This document shows positions 13,245-24,478 of a stretch of 47,915 bases of DNA, in pieces. The stretch is from Chiloscyllium plagiosum. Lineage: Eukaryota. The notes under the pieces are model-generated. The model saw only the letters and a list, made by a program, of their open reading frames with translations, was not told the DNA's origin and ran no database searches. Every line of letters begins with the position of its first letter. The first letter of the stretch is position 1. The stretch lies in assembly GCF_004010195.1 (NCBI RefSeq), contig NC_057718.1, positions 27,587,088 to 27,635,002 of the forward strand, read 5' to 3'. A program made the position numbers and the translations under genes.

Positions 13245-13853
13245 CTAGCAAAAAAGAACTTTCATTCAGCTAAAGTTTCAGGCTACTGAAAACATTAAAA
13301 TAAACCACAAGCAAAAGGAGAGGACTCACAAGAATGAGGCAGTGGTTCAGTGAGGATCTTGAGGACACAATTTTCTCTTTGCCAAAAATGCTGAGTTTTA
13401 TACTTAACATACCTTAAATTACCTTAAAACTGTGGCGATTCACAAGTTTCTAAACTGTTGCCATTTAGAATTCATTTCCCCAAACGCTCAGTGAGTAAAT
13501 CACTACAATGGTTCGACATCATCCCCCGCCAGGATTTAAATGACCTTAAAAAGCTTTAAATGACCTTAGTTAATTAGACATGGCAGGGAGATGGGGTGGG
13601 AGAAGAGTATGTTTCCCAAGTGGCAGACTGTAGTGGGCATGGATGTGATGTAATGTAATATTGATAAAATAGTACATTGAAATCTAATCTTAGCTCACAC
13701 ATGAGGAATGCCCCTTGGAAAAGGCACTGGAAGAGTAGTCACCTCTCTTGGAACAGTATCTGGGAATTAAGGCCCTGATGTTTAGGAGAGAAAAAAACAA
13801 AACAAACCAACTTAAGTCTTAGTTCCATTAAATTAAAGTCTTATTTCAATTAC

Positions 13854-14111
13854 CAGGCTAGTGCTTCTAACTGGCTCTTTGGAATCCTTTTCAACAAGTG
13901 GCAATTCTTCTCCAAGTTTAGGAATAGTACCATTCTCCTGGACAGCACCAACAAAAGTCATTTTCCCAGTCACTGTAGGTTTCAATTGACTTTCCAGCTC
14001 AGTTAAACGTTGATTCTCCTTCTCCAATTTTATTTTGGCTAATTGAGCTTCTAACATCCAGTGTTCTTTCTCCTGTTCCAGCTTTGCTATCTTCTCTTGG
14101 CTTTGTTGCAC
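13854..14111 (-). CDS. PPP1R21: PPP1R21 exon (VQQSQEKIAKLEQEKEHWMLEAQLAKIKLEKENQR...EPVRSTSL)
   Basis: 258 nt, ttacag| ... |gtaatt; contains the conserved KLEQEKEHWMLEAQLAKIKLEKENQR motif. Confidence 0.96.
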
Positions 14112-14301
14112 CTGTAAAGATTGGGGAAACCTACTTAGTTACAAACTGCTTCTTTAAGTGTTGGGGGCTATAGCAAATTGAGGTTATTGAAATACTCCTA
14201 AGGCTTTTACATTTTCCTATTTGCAAGGCACATGCGGTGATCAATGTTAAATTTACAGTTTTGATCCTTTTACCCTTTTAGTTGGAGACATGGCAGGGTG
14301 T

Positions 14302-14390
14302 AGACCAGAGTGGTGCTGAAAAAAGGTCAGGCAGCATCCGAGGTGCAGGAAAAATCAACATTTCGGGCAAAAGCCATTCATCAGGAATAT
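14302..14390 (-). mobile_element. Penelope-derived terminal fragment with a decayed hammerhead
   Basis: Minus strand attcCTGATGAatggcttttgcccGAAAtgttg, followed by the gctgcctgacc..ccagcacc tail. Confidence 0.7.
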
Positions 14391-14394
14391 GGCA

Positions 14395-14710
14395 TGGCAG
14401 AGTGGCGTAGTAATCCAGACGCTCAGAGTCTGAGGACAGGAGTTTATATTCCACCAGCTGCCATAGTGGAATCTAACTTTAATTATAAAGTCAGGAACTG
14501 AAAGGTAGTCTCAGTAATTATGACCATGAAACTGTCATCATTGTAAGGAATTCTGCCTTCCTTGGTCTGGCATACAGACAACTTCAGATCTTCAAGAATG
14601 TGGTTGACTTGCAACTACCTTCTGAAATGGCCTAGCAAGCAATTCATTTCAAGTGCCCATAATCATGGGTAACAAATGTTGACCTTGTCAGTGAGTCCCA
14701 CATAAAAAAG
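14395..14710 (+). mobile_element. Deu-type SINE
   Basis: tRNA-like head, ggtctggcatacaga..aatgtggttgact core and tail shared with other copies. Another degenerate copy lies at about 15080-15360. Confidence 0.6.
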
Positions 14711-16043
14711 TTTAAAAAAGCTAACTTTCAAAACAACACAACTGCCAAAGAGAATGCATACCACAGAATCAGTTTAACCACAGCCTATATAATTATTTCT
14801 AATCAAATGACCTCTAAAAACCTTAATTTTAAAATTTTTAAAAGTCAAAACCTTAATCTTTGTAGCAAATCTAATTTAGAAATCACAAAGAAATTCAAGC
14901 CAATCATCTCAGACTTCACAAACAATTTAATGGCTGATTACAGGAAACCATCATGTAGATCATAAGTTGAGTGGTGTTTCACTGGCAGGGCTGTGGATGT
15001 GGTGGGCATTAAGGAAAACTTACACTAATATCTTGCTTCACATTTTGGAAGGTGGGGAATGGGGGATGAGACGGATGGAAATGTGATGTCATTGGGTTGG
15101 TAATCCAGAGAGCCTGGCTAATAATCTGACAGCAGTGTGTTGAATCCCAACATGTCAAAGGGTGAAATTTGAATTCAACTTGTAAATCTGAAATTTAAAA
15201 AAGCTAATTTGTTTCCATTAAATAATCAATTATTATTTTAAAAAAAGATTCACTAATGTCTTCAAGAAAAAGGAAAACCTGTAATCTTTACTGTGTATGG
15301 CCTATACATGACTCCTGACCCTAGTAATGTGGGTTGACTCTTGACTGCTCTGTAATGCCTGAGTGCGTATGGGGATTTGAAGTTTCAATGAGATCATAGC
15401 TGATCTGATTGTATGTTGAAGCAGGATTGAGAAACTAAATGGCCTACTCCTGTTCCTATTTGAATGCTCATATGTACATTCATCATTTTTTTAAAGCTAT
15501 ATAACATTAGTTAAGTTCTATTCTCATAACATTAAAATTCCTGACAAGCAATCCTCCTCTGACAAAGTTTTGAACTATAAAGAATAGCATATCTTTAAAA
15601 ATGAATAGTTTACCTCTTCCAGTATAATATGCTCAATTTACAGCTTAGCTCAATTGTTATTTAAGATATACAAATTCAAAAATCAAAAAAGACAAAGGAT
15701 ATGTTATAACAAAAATTACTGATTGCCATGTGTCACAGGGTACATCTAGACCAGTAGCTGCAGTTGGATTCTTGTAAAGGAGATTTGGTTCAACATGGCT
15801 TGGCAGATAAGGATGTGATTTGATTGTTTTGTATAAGTATACACAACAGCAGTTTCCTCAAAGTTAGAAATTTAAATGCTCAGGGAACTGAGCAAGGAGC
15901 ATTCCTGCTCTCATATTTGAAGTCAGGCCAGGTAAGTTTGCTTTATATCAGAGGCAGAGGCATCGCACTCAAGGCATTTTACAAATCAGATTTGACATGA
16001 TGCTGGATACAGCCCTAGATGGGAAAATCTAGCCTCATATTAA

Positions 16044-16258
16044 GGACTCAAAAAGTATGGTGCTGGAAAAGCACAGCCACTCAGGCAGCATCCGAGGAAC
16101 AGGACAGTGGATGTTTTGAGCATAAGCTCTTCATCATTCCTGATGAAGAACTTATGCTCGAAACGTCGACTCTCCTGCTCCTCGGATGCTGCCTGACCGC
16201 CTGTGCTTTTCCAGCACATCATATTTTGACTCTGATCTCCAGTCCTCACTTTCCCCCA
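16044..16258. mobile_element. Palindromic Penelope-derived mini-element with two opposed hammerhead arms
   Basis: Arms of about 90 bp are inverted about 16136-16140. The plus arm reads CTGATGA a gaac ttat gctc GAAA cgTC. Flanked by a tcatattaa direct repeat at 16035-16043 and 16259-16267. Confidence 0.8.
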
Positions 16259-16299
16259 TCATATTAAAGTTACAGCAGGGCATTCCAAAACTCTCAATG

Positions 16300-17245
16300 C
16301 AATCAGGCAGAGTCAACATGATTTTGTTAAAGAGAAATCATGTTTCCGATTTGTTCAAAGTATGCCAATGAATCTGTGGATGTACTGTACTTAGATTTCC
16401 AGATGACATTTGGAAGGTACCACAATGTTACTACATAATTAAGAAATTATGGTGATCATGAAAACATATTAGAATAGATAGAGAATGAGTTAGTTAACAG
16501 GCAAGGGAAAGTAGGCATAAACGGGCTATTGGTATGCTGTAAGGAGTGGAGTTCCATTAGGATCAGTGCTTGGGCCTCAACTATTTACAATTAACCTCAA
16601 TAACTTTGATCAAAGGACCAATCGTACAGCAGTTAACATTTGATGATACAAAGAAATGTAGTAAGGCAACTTGTGAAGAGGACACAAGTAGTCTGCAAAA
16701 GAATAGGCTGAGTAGGCCAGAAATAAATCTGGAGTGTGGAGAAATGTGAACTTGTTCACTTTGCAGGAAGAATTGAAAAGCAGTGTGTTTCTTAAATAGA
16801 CAGAGACTGCAGAACTTGAAAGTACAGAGAGATCTGGAAGTCTCGCACATTAAGCTCTTAAAGTTGCAAGTGCAACAAGAAATTTAGATGGCAAATGGAA
16901 TATTGTGGTTTATTGCAAAGTTAACAGAATTTAAAAGGGATATTTTGCTACACTGAGGGTATGGTGAAACTATACCTGAAATAGTGTGCACAAGTTTGGT
17001 CTCCTTATTGAAGGAAGGATATAAATGCAAAGCAGTTCAGAGAAGGTTCAAATGGATACCTGGAATTGGATGTGGGTGGAGGGGTTAACTTTTGAGGAAT
17101 CGCTGGATCTGAATCTATTGAAAAATAAGAGGTAATCTAATCAAACATTCAAGATCCTGAGGAGACAAATGCTGAAATGACGGTCCCCTTTCTGGAAGAG
17201 ACGAGAATTCAGTTTAAAATAAAAGGAGACTACCATTTAAGATGG
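16300..17245 (+). mobile_element. Old CR1 RT fragment
   Basis: Degenerate ggagttccattaggatcagtgcttgggcctcaactattt (GVPxGSVLGPQLF) and downstream CR1 motifs. Confidence 0.7.
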
Positions 17246-17699
17246 TTAATAATATTAAAGATGTTAAAGAAAGTAGCTGCAAACATGGAAGATTACCATC
17301 AGTGCAAAAACTAAGAATCCTTGGATTCAGGAAATTCTGAGAATGAAAAACTGCCAATGTAAGAGATTTGAAAAGAGACAAAGGCAAAAAAAACAGGTAA
17401 CTATAGGTGAGTTAACTTACCATCGAGCATTGCAAAAATATCCTAGTCTACAATAAAAATGTAACTGAGCATTTAGAAATATATAATATATTCACGAAGA
17501 GTCAGCGTAGCTTCAGGAAGGGGAAAATCTTGCTGGACAAATGTATTAGAAATCTTTAAGGAGGTTACAAGCAGGATAAAGAGGAATTAGTTGATACAAT
17601 ATACTTGGGTTTCCAAAAAAGTGTTAGATAAGGTACTGCACCAAAAAATAATTAAGAGATGTTAGTGTTGCTAGCATGGAGACAGAACTGGCTAACAAT

Positions 17700-17880
17700 A
17701 TGCATTCTAGGTTTGTTCAATATATCGTTGCAGTTGCATGAACACTAAGCTTTTGCTGTAAATTCTGAGCCTTATGATCCTGCTCCACAGTTATCTGATG
17801 AAGAAGCAATGCTCTGAAAGCCAGGACTTCCAAATAAATCTGTTGGACTATAACCTGGTCTTGTGTGATTTTTAACCTTA
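17700..17880 (+). mobile_element. Penelope pLTR fragment of the same family as 1490-1655, with a decayed hammerhead
   Basis: ctgatgaagaagcaatgctctgaaagcc...tgttggactataacctgg matches 1575-1645. Confidence 0.75.
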
Positions 17881-17989
17881 ACTAATAGAAGACTGAGTTG
17901 GGATGGAGGAGTGTGCAATTTCAGAACGGTAACTTGGATCAGGGGCATGACCGCAATTGCTCACAACATATATTAATGATTTAATGTCT

Positions 17990-20480
17990 TAGAAGTATAC
18001 AGCATGGAAACAGGCCCTTTGACTCAACTTGTCCCTGCCGACCAGGTTTCCTAAATTAAACTAGTTCTATTTGCCTGCATTTGGTGCATATCCCTCGAAA
18101 CCTTTCCTATCCATATACCTGTCCAAATGTCTTTTAAATGTTATAGTTATGCCCTCCTCTACCAATTCCTCTGCCAGCTTGCTCCATAAATGCACCACTC
18201 TGAAAAAGTTGTCCTTCAGGTCACTTAAATCTTTCCCCTCTTACCTGAAGCTTATGGCCTCTAGTTTTGCACTTACTTACCTTACTTTGTAGTTCAGAAA
18301 TGAGATAACGAGAGTCCAGAGAAAGTATATTCCTGTTAGGGGGAAAGAAAAGGCTGGTAGGTATAGGGAATGCTGGATGACTAAAGAAATTGAGGGTTTG
18401 GTTAAGAAAAAGGATGAAGCATATGCTAGGTACAGACTGGAGAGATTTGGTGAATCCTTAGAAGAGTATAAAGGCAGTAGGAGTATACTTAAGAGGGAAA
18501 TCAGGAGAGCCAAAAGGGGACATGAGATTGCTTTGGCAATTAGGGTTAAGGAGAATCCAAAGGGTTTTTACAAATACATTAAGGACAAAAGGGTAAATAG
18601 GTAGAGAATAGGGCCCCTCAAAAGATCAGCAAGGCGGCCTTTGGGTGGAGTCTCAGAAAATGGGGGAGATACTAAATGAGTATTTTGCATTAGTATTTAC
18701 TGTGGAAAAGGACATAGAAGATATAGAATGTAGGGAAATAGATGGTGATATCTTGAAAAATGTTCATATTAGAGGAGGAAGTGCTGATGTCTTGAAATAC
18801 ATAAAGATGAATACATCCCAGGACTTGATCAGGTGTACCCTAGAACTCTGTGGGAAGTTGGGGAAGTGATTGCTGGGTCTTTTGCTGAGATATTTGTATC
18901 ATCGATAGTCACAGAAAGATTGGAGGTTGGCTAACGTGAGGCCAATGTTTAAGAAGGGTAGTAAGGACAAGTCAGGGAACTATAGACCAATGAGTGACGT
19001 CATGGGTGGGCAAGTTGTTGGAGGGAATCCTGAAGGACAGGATGTACATATATTTGAAAAGGCAAGGACTGACTAGGGATAGTCAACATGGCTGTGTTCT
19101 TGGGAAATCATGTCTCGCAAACTTGATTGAGTTCTTTGAAGTAACAAAGAGGATGATGAAAGCAGAGTGATAGATGTGATCTATATGGACTTCAGTAAGG
19201 CGTTTGACAAGGTTCCCCATGGGAGACTGGTTAGCAAAGTTAGATCTCACTGAATACAGGGAGAACTAGCCATTTGGAATCAGAACTGGCTCAAAGGCAG
19301 AAGACAGAGGGTGGTTATGGAGGGTTGTTTTTCAGACTGGAGGTCTGTGTCCAGTGGAGTGCCACAAGGATCGGTGCTGGGTCCTCTACTTTTTGTCATT
19401 TACATAAATGATTTGGATGTGAGCATAAGAGGTACAGTTAGTAAGTTTGCACATGACACCAAAATTGGAGGTGTAGTGGACAGCGAAGAGGGTTACCTCA
19501 GATTACAACAGGATCTGGACCAGATGGGCTAAGTGGCAGATGGAGTTTAATTCAGATAAATGCGAGGTGCTGCATTTTGGGAAAGCAAATCTTAACAGGA
19601 TTTATACACTTAATGCTAAGGTCCTAGGGAGTGTTGCTGAACAAAGAGACCTTGGAATGCAGGTTCACAGTTCCTTGAAATTATGAGGGAATTTCAGGTA
19701 GATAGGATAGTGAAGAGTGTTTGGTATGCTTTCCGTTATTGGTCAGAGCATTGAGTATAGGGGTTGGGAGGTCATGTTGCGGCTGTACAGGACATTGGTT
19801 AGGCCACAGTTGGAATATTGCATGCAATTCTGATCTCCTTTCTATCGGAATAATGTTGTGAAACCTGAAAGGGTTCAGAAAAGATTTACAAGGATGCTGC
19901 CAGAGTTGGAGGATTTGAGCTATAGGGAGAGGCTAAATAGGCTGGGGCTGTTTTCCCTGGAATGTCAGAGGATGAGGGGGTGACCTTCTAGAGATTTACA
20001 AAATTATAAGGGGCATGAATAGGATAAATTGACAAAGTCTTTTCCCTGGGGTGGGGGAGTCGAGAACTAGAGGGCATAGGTTTAGGGTGAGGGGTGAAAG
20101 ATTAAGAGACCTAAGGGGCAGCTTTTTCATGCATAGGGTGCTACGTGTATGCAACATTTAAAAGGCACTTGAATGGGTATATGAATAGGAAGGGTTTGGA
20201 GGGAAATGGGCCAGGTGCTGGCAGGTGGGGCCAGATTGGGCTGGGATATCTAGTTGGCATGGATGGGTTGGACCAAAGGGTCCGTTTCCCTGCTGTACAC
20301 CTCTATTACTCCACCCTGGGGGAAAGACCTTGACTATTCACCTTATCTATGCCCCTCATAATTTTATAAGCCTCCAAGGTCACCCCTCAGCCTCCTAAGG
20401 AAGCTCGACGGAAGAAATTCCCATCCAGTCTCTCAAAATTTCAAATGTTCCAGTCTCAGTAATAACATTGTAAATTTTGT
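17990..20480 (-). mobile_element. CR1 3' end (17990-18270 and 20312-20480) split by a nested plus-strand CR1
   Basis: Both flanks read as consecutive parts of a minus-strand CR1 3' region. Confidence 0.65.
18292..20310 (+). mobile_element. 5'-truncated CR1 LINE (ORF2 RT to 3' UTR), frameshifted
   Basis: Encodes KENPKGFYKYI, YMDFSKAFDKVPH, SGVPQGSVLGPLLFVIYINDL, SKFAHDTK and ERVQKRFTRM. Confidence 0.95.
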
Positions 20481-20499
20481 TTGCACCTTTCTAGTTTAA

Positions 20500-21075
20500 T
20501 GACTTGGATGACGAAAGTGAATGTACTATTGAAAGATTTATGAAAGGCAAGAAATTGGTGGGAAGTGGTGAGGATGACAATGTATGCAGAGGAATATAGT
20601 CAGGTTAAATGAGGGAGCAAAAAGTTTGTAGATGGAATACAATATGGGAAAATGTGAAGTGATGCACTTTGGCAAGAAAGAGATGCTAAAGTTTTCCAGA
20701 AGATTACGATCAATATGCACTCTCTGTAGTGACTTCCATTCGTAGCAGAGGATGTATTACATCAGAGCCAGAGGACTTGTTAGTCTTTAGCCCATTGGTT
20801 TCATTATCAATATTCAACAACAGCTTTGGGTTCCTTATCTGAGGAAAGATATCCTAACATTGGAGGCTGTCCAGAGAAGGTGCACTAGGCTAATTCTGGG
20901 AATGAAGGGACTCTCTTATTGGAAGAGATGAGTAGGTTGGTCTGTACACAGAGGAGTTTAGAAAAATGAGACCTCACCTCACAGAAAAGCCCAGGACAAG
21001 AGGGAATAACCTCAGAGTTAGGAGTTGTCCATTTAAAACAGATGGAGAGGAATTTCTTCATTCTTCTATTGGAAA
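20500..21075 (+). mobile_element. Old rearranged CR1 fragment
   Basis: CR1 RT and 3' motifs with an internal inverted piece at about 20720-20815. Confidence 0.6.
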
Positions 21076-21134
21076 ATGTGATTACAGTAATTAGGTAGCT
21101 GTTTTTGATCCACGTGGATGTAATGGACCTAGTA

Positions 21135-21472
21135 CAGGTAGATAACCCTTTATCCGAAACCCCAAAATCCAAAAAGCTCTGAAATCTGAAGGCTCTCGCA
21201 GTTTTTTCTCTCATTAACAAGGTTGTTTGTTGTACAAACAGTTAACCCAACTCCACACACACTTGATGCATGGCACTCACATGCAACATGGGGGTGTGTG
21301 ACCCAGCACTGGCAGGCCTCAATTCTGTCCCAGGGCCTCTAGTACTCACTGAGAGTCTGCTGTTAGGTAAGATTTTTCTAAATTTCACTGTCACTTATTC
21401 CAAAATACGAAAAATTCCAAATTCCGAAAACCAGCTGATCCTGAGCATTTCAGATAAAAAATTGTGTACCTG
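21135..21472. mobile_element. Tigger/pogo-like MITE with TA target duplication
   Basis: TA|CAGGTA...TACCTG|TA termini; internal sequence colinear with 8434-8753. Confidence 0.8.
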
Positions 21473-21474
21473 TA

Positions 21475-21760
21475 GTATTATCATTAGACTATTAATCCAA
21501 AGACCCAGATAATGTGGGGACCTGGATTCAATTCCTGTCATGGGAGATGGTAGGATTTGAATTCAAAATACACCTGAAATGAAGAGTCTAATGGTAGCTG
21601 TGAAATCATTCTCAATTGTCGGGGAAAAACCCATCTTGTTCACTAAAGTTCTTTAGATAAGGGAATCTTCCATCCTTATATGATCTGGCCTACATATAAC
21701 TCCCGATCCACAGTAATTGGTGTACTCTTTATTAGGGAATGGCAATAAATGTGAGATTAT
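21475..21760 (+). mobile_element. Deu-type SINE
   Basis: Head ggacctggattcaattcc, core tctggcctacatataactcc and tail gggaatggcaataaatg. Confidence 0.6.
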
Positions 21761-22084
21761 GCTCTTTGACAAAAAAAAGGTGATAAATTTTCCAGAATCG
21801 AATCGAAGGATTTTTTTTGGAAGATTTGAACGATTGTGATGAATATCTATGCTCTGTGCTACTTCCATTTTTAGCAGAGGATGCATCACATCAGAGCCAC
21901 AGAACTTGTCAGTCTTTAGCCCATTGGTTTCATTATCAACATTCAACAACAGTTTTGGGTTCCTTATCGAAGGAAAGATATACTAACATTGGAGACAGTC
22001 CAGAGAAGCCAGCAATGCCCACATCCTGGGCGTCTTAAACAAAAAATCTCTATGACTTTTGGGTACTAAATCTGTGGATTTTTA

Positions 22085-22975
22085 CAAAATTCACTTGCAG
22101 TATATGAACATCGCTGGCTGGCCAGCGCTTCCTGACCATTCCTAGTTGCCTTAAGGTGGTAGTGGTGGTGGTGAACTGCCTTCTTGAACTGCTGCACTCT
22201 GTGTTGCTGGTTCACCCACAATGCCATGAGGGAGGGAGTTCCAGGATTTTGACCTAGCAACAGCGAAGGAACAGCAATATATTTCCAAATCAGGGCGGTC
22301 AGTAGCTTGGAGAGGAACATGCAGGTAGTGGTACTCTCGTGTCAGCTGCTCTTATCCTTCTAGATGGAGGTGGTCATGGTCTTGGTAGCTGCTACCTTAG
22401 GTTCTTTGGCGAATTTCTTTACTGCATCTTATAGATGCAACACACTGCTGCTCCTGAACATTGGTAGAGGGAGTGGATGTTTGTGGATGGGCTGTCAATC
22501 AAGCAGGCTACTTTATCCCTGATGGGGTCAGAGCTGCACTCATCCAGGCAAGAGGAGTGTGCTCCATCATATTCCTGACTTGTGCCTTGTAAATGGTGGA
22601 CTGGCTTTGGAGAGTCAGGAGGTGAGTTATTCACAAATATTCCTAGCCTCTGACCTGTTTTGTAGTCATTCTGTTTAGATTAGATTAGATTAGATTACTT
22701 ACAGTGTGGAAACAGGCCCTTCAGCCCAACAAGTCCACACCGCCCCGCCGAAGCGCAACCCACCCATACCCCTACGTGTACCCCTTACCTAACACTACGA
22801 TAGTGATGAGTTCAATTGGGTTTCTGGTCCACAGTAAGCTAGGATGTCGATAGTGGGGGATTCAGTGATGGTAATACCATTGAATGTGAAGGGACAGTAG
22901 CTAGATAGTCTCTCATTAGAGATGGTCATTACCTGGCATTTGGGTGGTGTGACCGTTATTTGACGATTGTCAACC
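22085..22975 (-). mobile_element. LINE (L2/CR1-group) 3' fragment with an HE1 SINE tail inserted at 22676-22799
   Basis: Minus strand has the aagaaggcag(c/t)tcaccaccacc...ggccagccagcgatg tail. (TTAGA)n plus HE1 tail at 22676-22799. Confidence 0.6.
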
Positions 22976-23810
22976 CAAGAGGCGGTGAAGCCGGTTCATT
23001 AAATATATTCAACACTGAGATGGAGAGATTCATTTTTAAGTGAATAAGGGAGTGAAGGTTATGGGAATAAACACAGGAAAGTGTGTGTATTGAATATATT
23101 TAATGAACCAGTTTCAACACCCATTCGCACCATTCAAATGCCAACTAATGACCATCTCCAATAAAAGACGATCGAACTACTACCCCTTTCCATAATCTCA
23201 TTGAATGGATGAGCAAACCTGATGGGCCAAAAGGCCTACGACTGCTCCAATATCTTAAGGCCTTAAGATGGTTTTGAATTCACAATTAGTGGGAGATTTT
23301 CAATGTAGTGAATTGGATATGCAAAGGGAGGTGAAAGTAGATTAACATGTAAGAAAAATTCAGTTGCATGAAACAAGCTGTCGTGTTGTTCACAGTGATG
23401 TCACCTGAAAGGGTGGCGAAAGTGTCTCCTGCAGTCGTGGCAGCAGCAAACAGCTCTGAAAAAGGTTATATCAGGTTAATCCATTGGATATTAAAGTCAA
23501 CCTCATTTCCTACAAACATTCAAGTTTGCTGGCTTGCAGTTAGGTTAAAAGCACTTTGCAATCTATCTTGAAACTGTTCACTCATCATTATGATGCCAGC
23601 ACTTTACCTTTTGATCCTTACTTCACAAAGATACATTGTGACCTTGTATTCCCCTGAAGTGGGAGACAGCATGGGGCAGGGTGACACTAGGCACAAGATG
23701 GCCACTGAGCCATACATTGGCCACTTGACACATAAGATGGCCACCGGACCACAATATGGAGAGAGACAGCAGATCAATACAGACACTGCCGAGGACCACC
23801 AGAATGCTAT

Positions 23811-24080
23811 GGGTGGCACAGTGATTAGCACTGCTGCCTCACAGCACCAGATACCCGGGTTCAATTCCCACCTTGGGCAACTGTCTATGTGGAGTTTGCA
23901 CATTCTCCCCATGTCTGCGTGGGTTTCCTCCGGGTGCTCCGGTTTCCTCCCACAGTCCAAAGATGTGCAGGTCAGGTGAATTGGCCATGCTAAATTGCCT
24001 GTAGTGTTAGGTGAAGGGGTGAATGTAGGTGAATGGGTCTGGGTGGGTTGCTCTTTGGAAGATCGCTGTGGACTTGTTGA
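23811..24080 (+). mobile_element. HE1-like V-SINE nested in the LTR U3
   Basis: Near-identical to 10192-10470. Confidence 0.9.
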
Positions 24081-24287
24081 CTCACAACCTAGTTGATTAG
24101 TTTAAGGCGGGTGGGGGATGGAATACCCGTGGGTAACATACACCACCTGCTGAAGAGTCTGGGTCCAGCCAACACCTTTGATAGAAATGCTAACAGCTTG
24201 ATATGGACTCAATACAAAGTGCTAATAGCCAGGGCTGCAGTAATCATCCTTCTCAGGAAGAGCGATTAGAACCCATTACGCAGACAT

Positions 24288-24371
24288 TGAAACTGACAAT
24301 GTCTGCACTAAAACTGACAACGACCGCACTGAAATTAACAAAGGCTGTGCTGCAACTGACAATGACTGTTC
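24288..24371 (+). repeat. Four imperfect 21-bp tandem repeats in the LTR U3
   Basis: tgaaactgacaatgtctgcac / taaaactgacaacgaccgcac / tgaaattaacaaaggctgtgc / tgcaactgacaatgactgttc. Confidence 0.8.
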
Positions 24372-24478
24372 TGCATCAAAACAATTCTGCAATGATTGCC
24401 ATAAACAAATCATGTTACAAAGACAATAATCTCATAATTGATCTATTGTACCACAAGATGTATAAAAGTATCTTTGAC

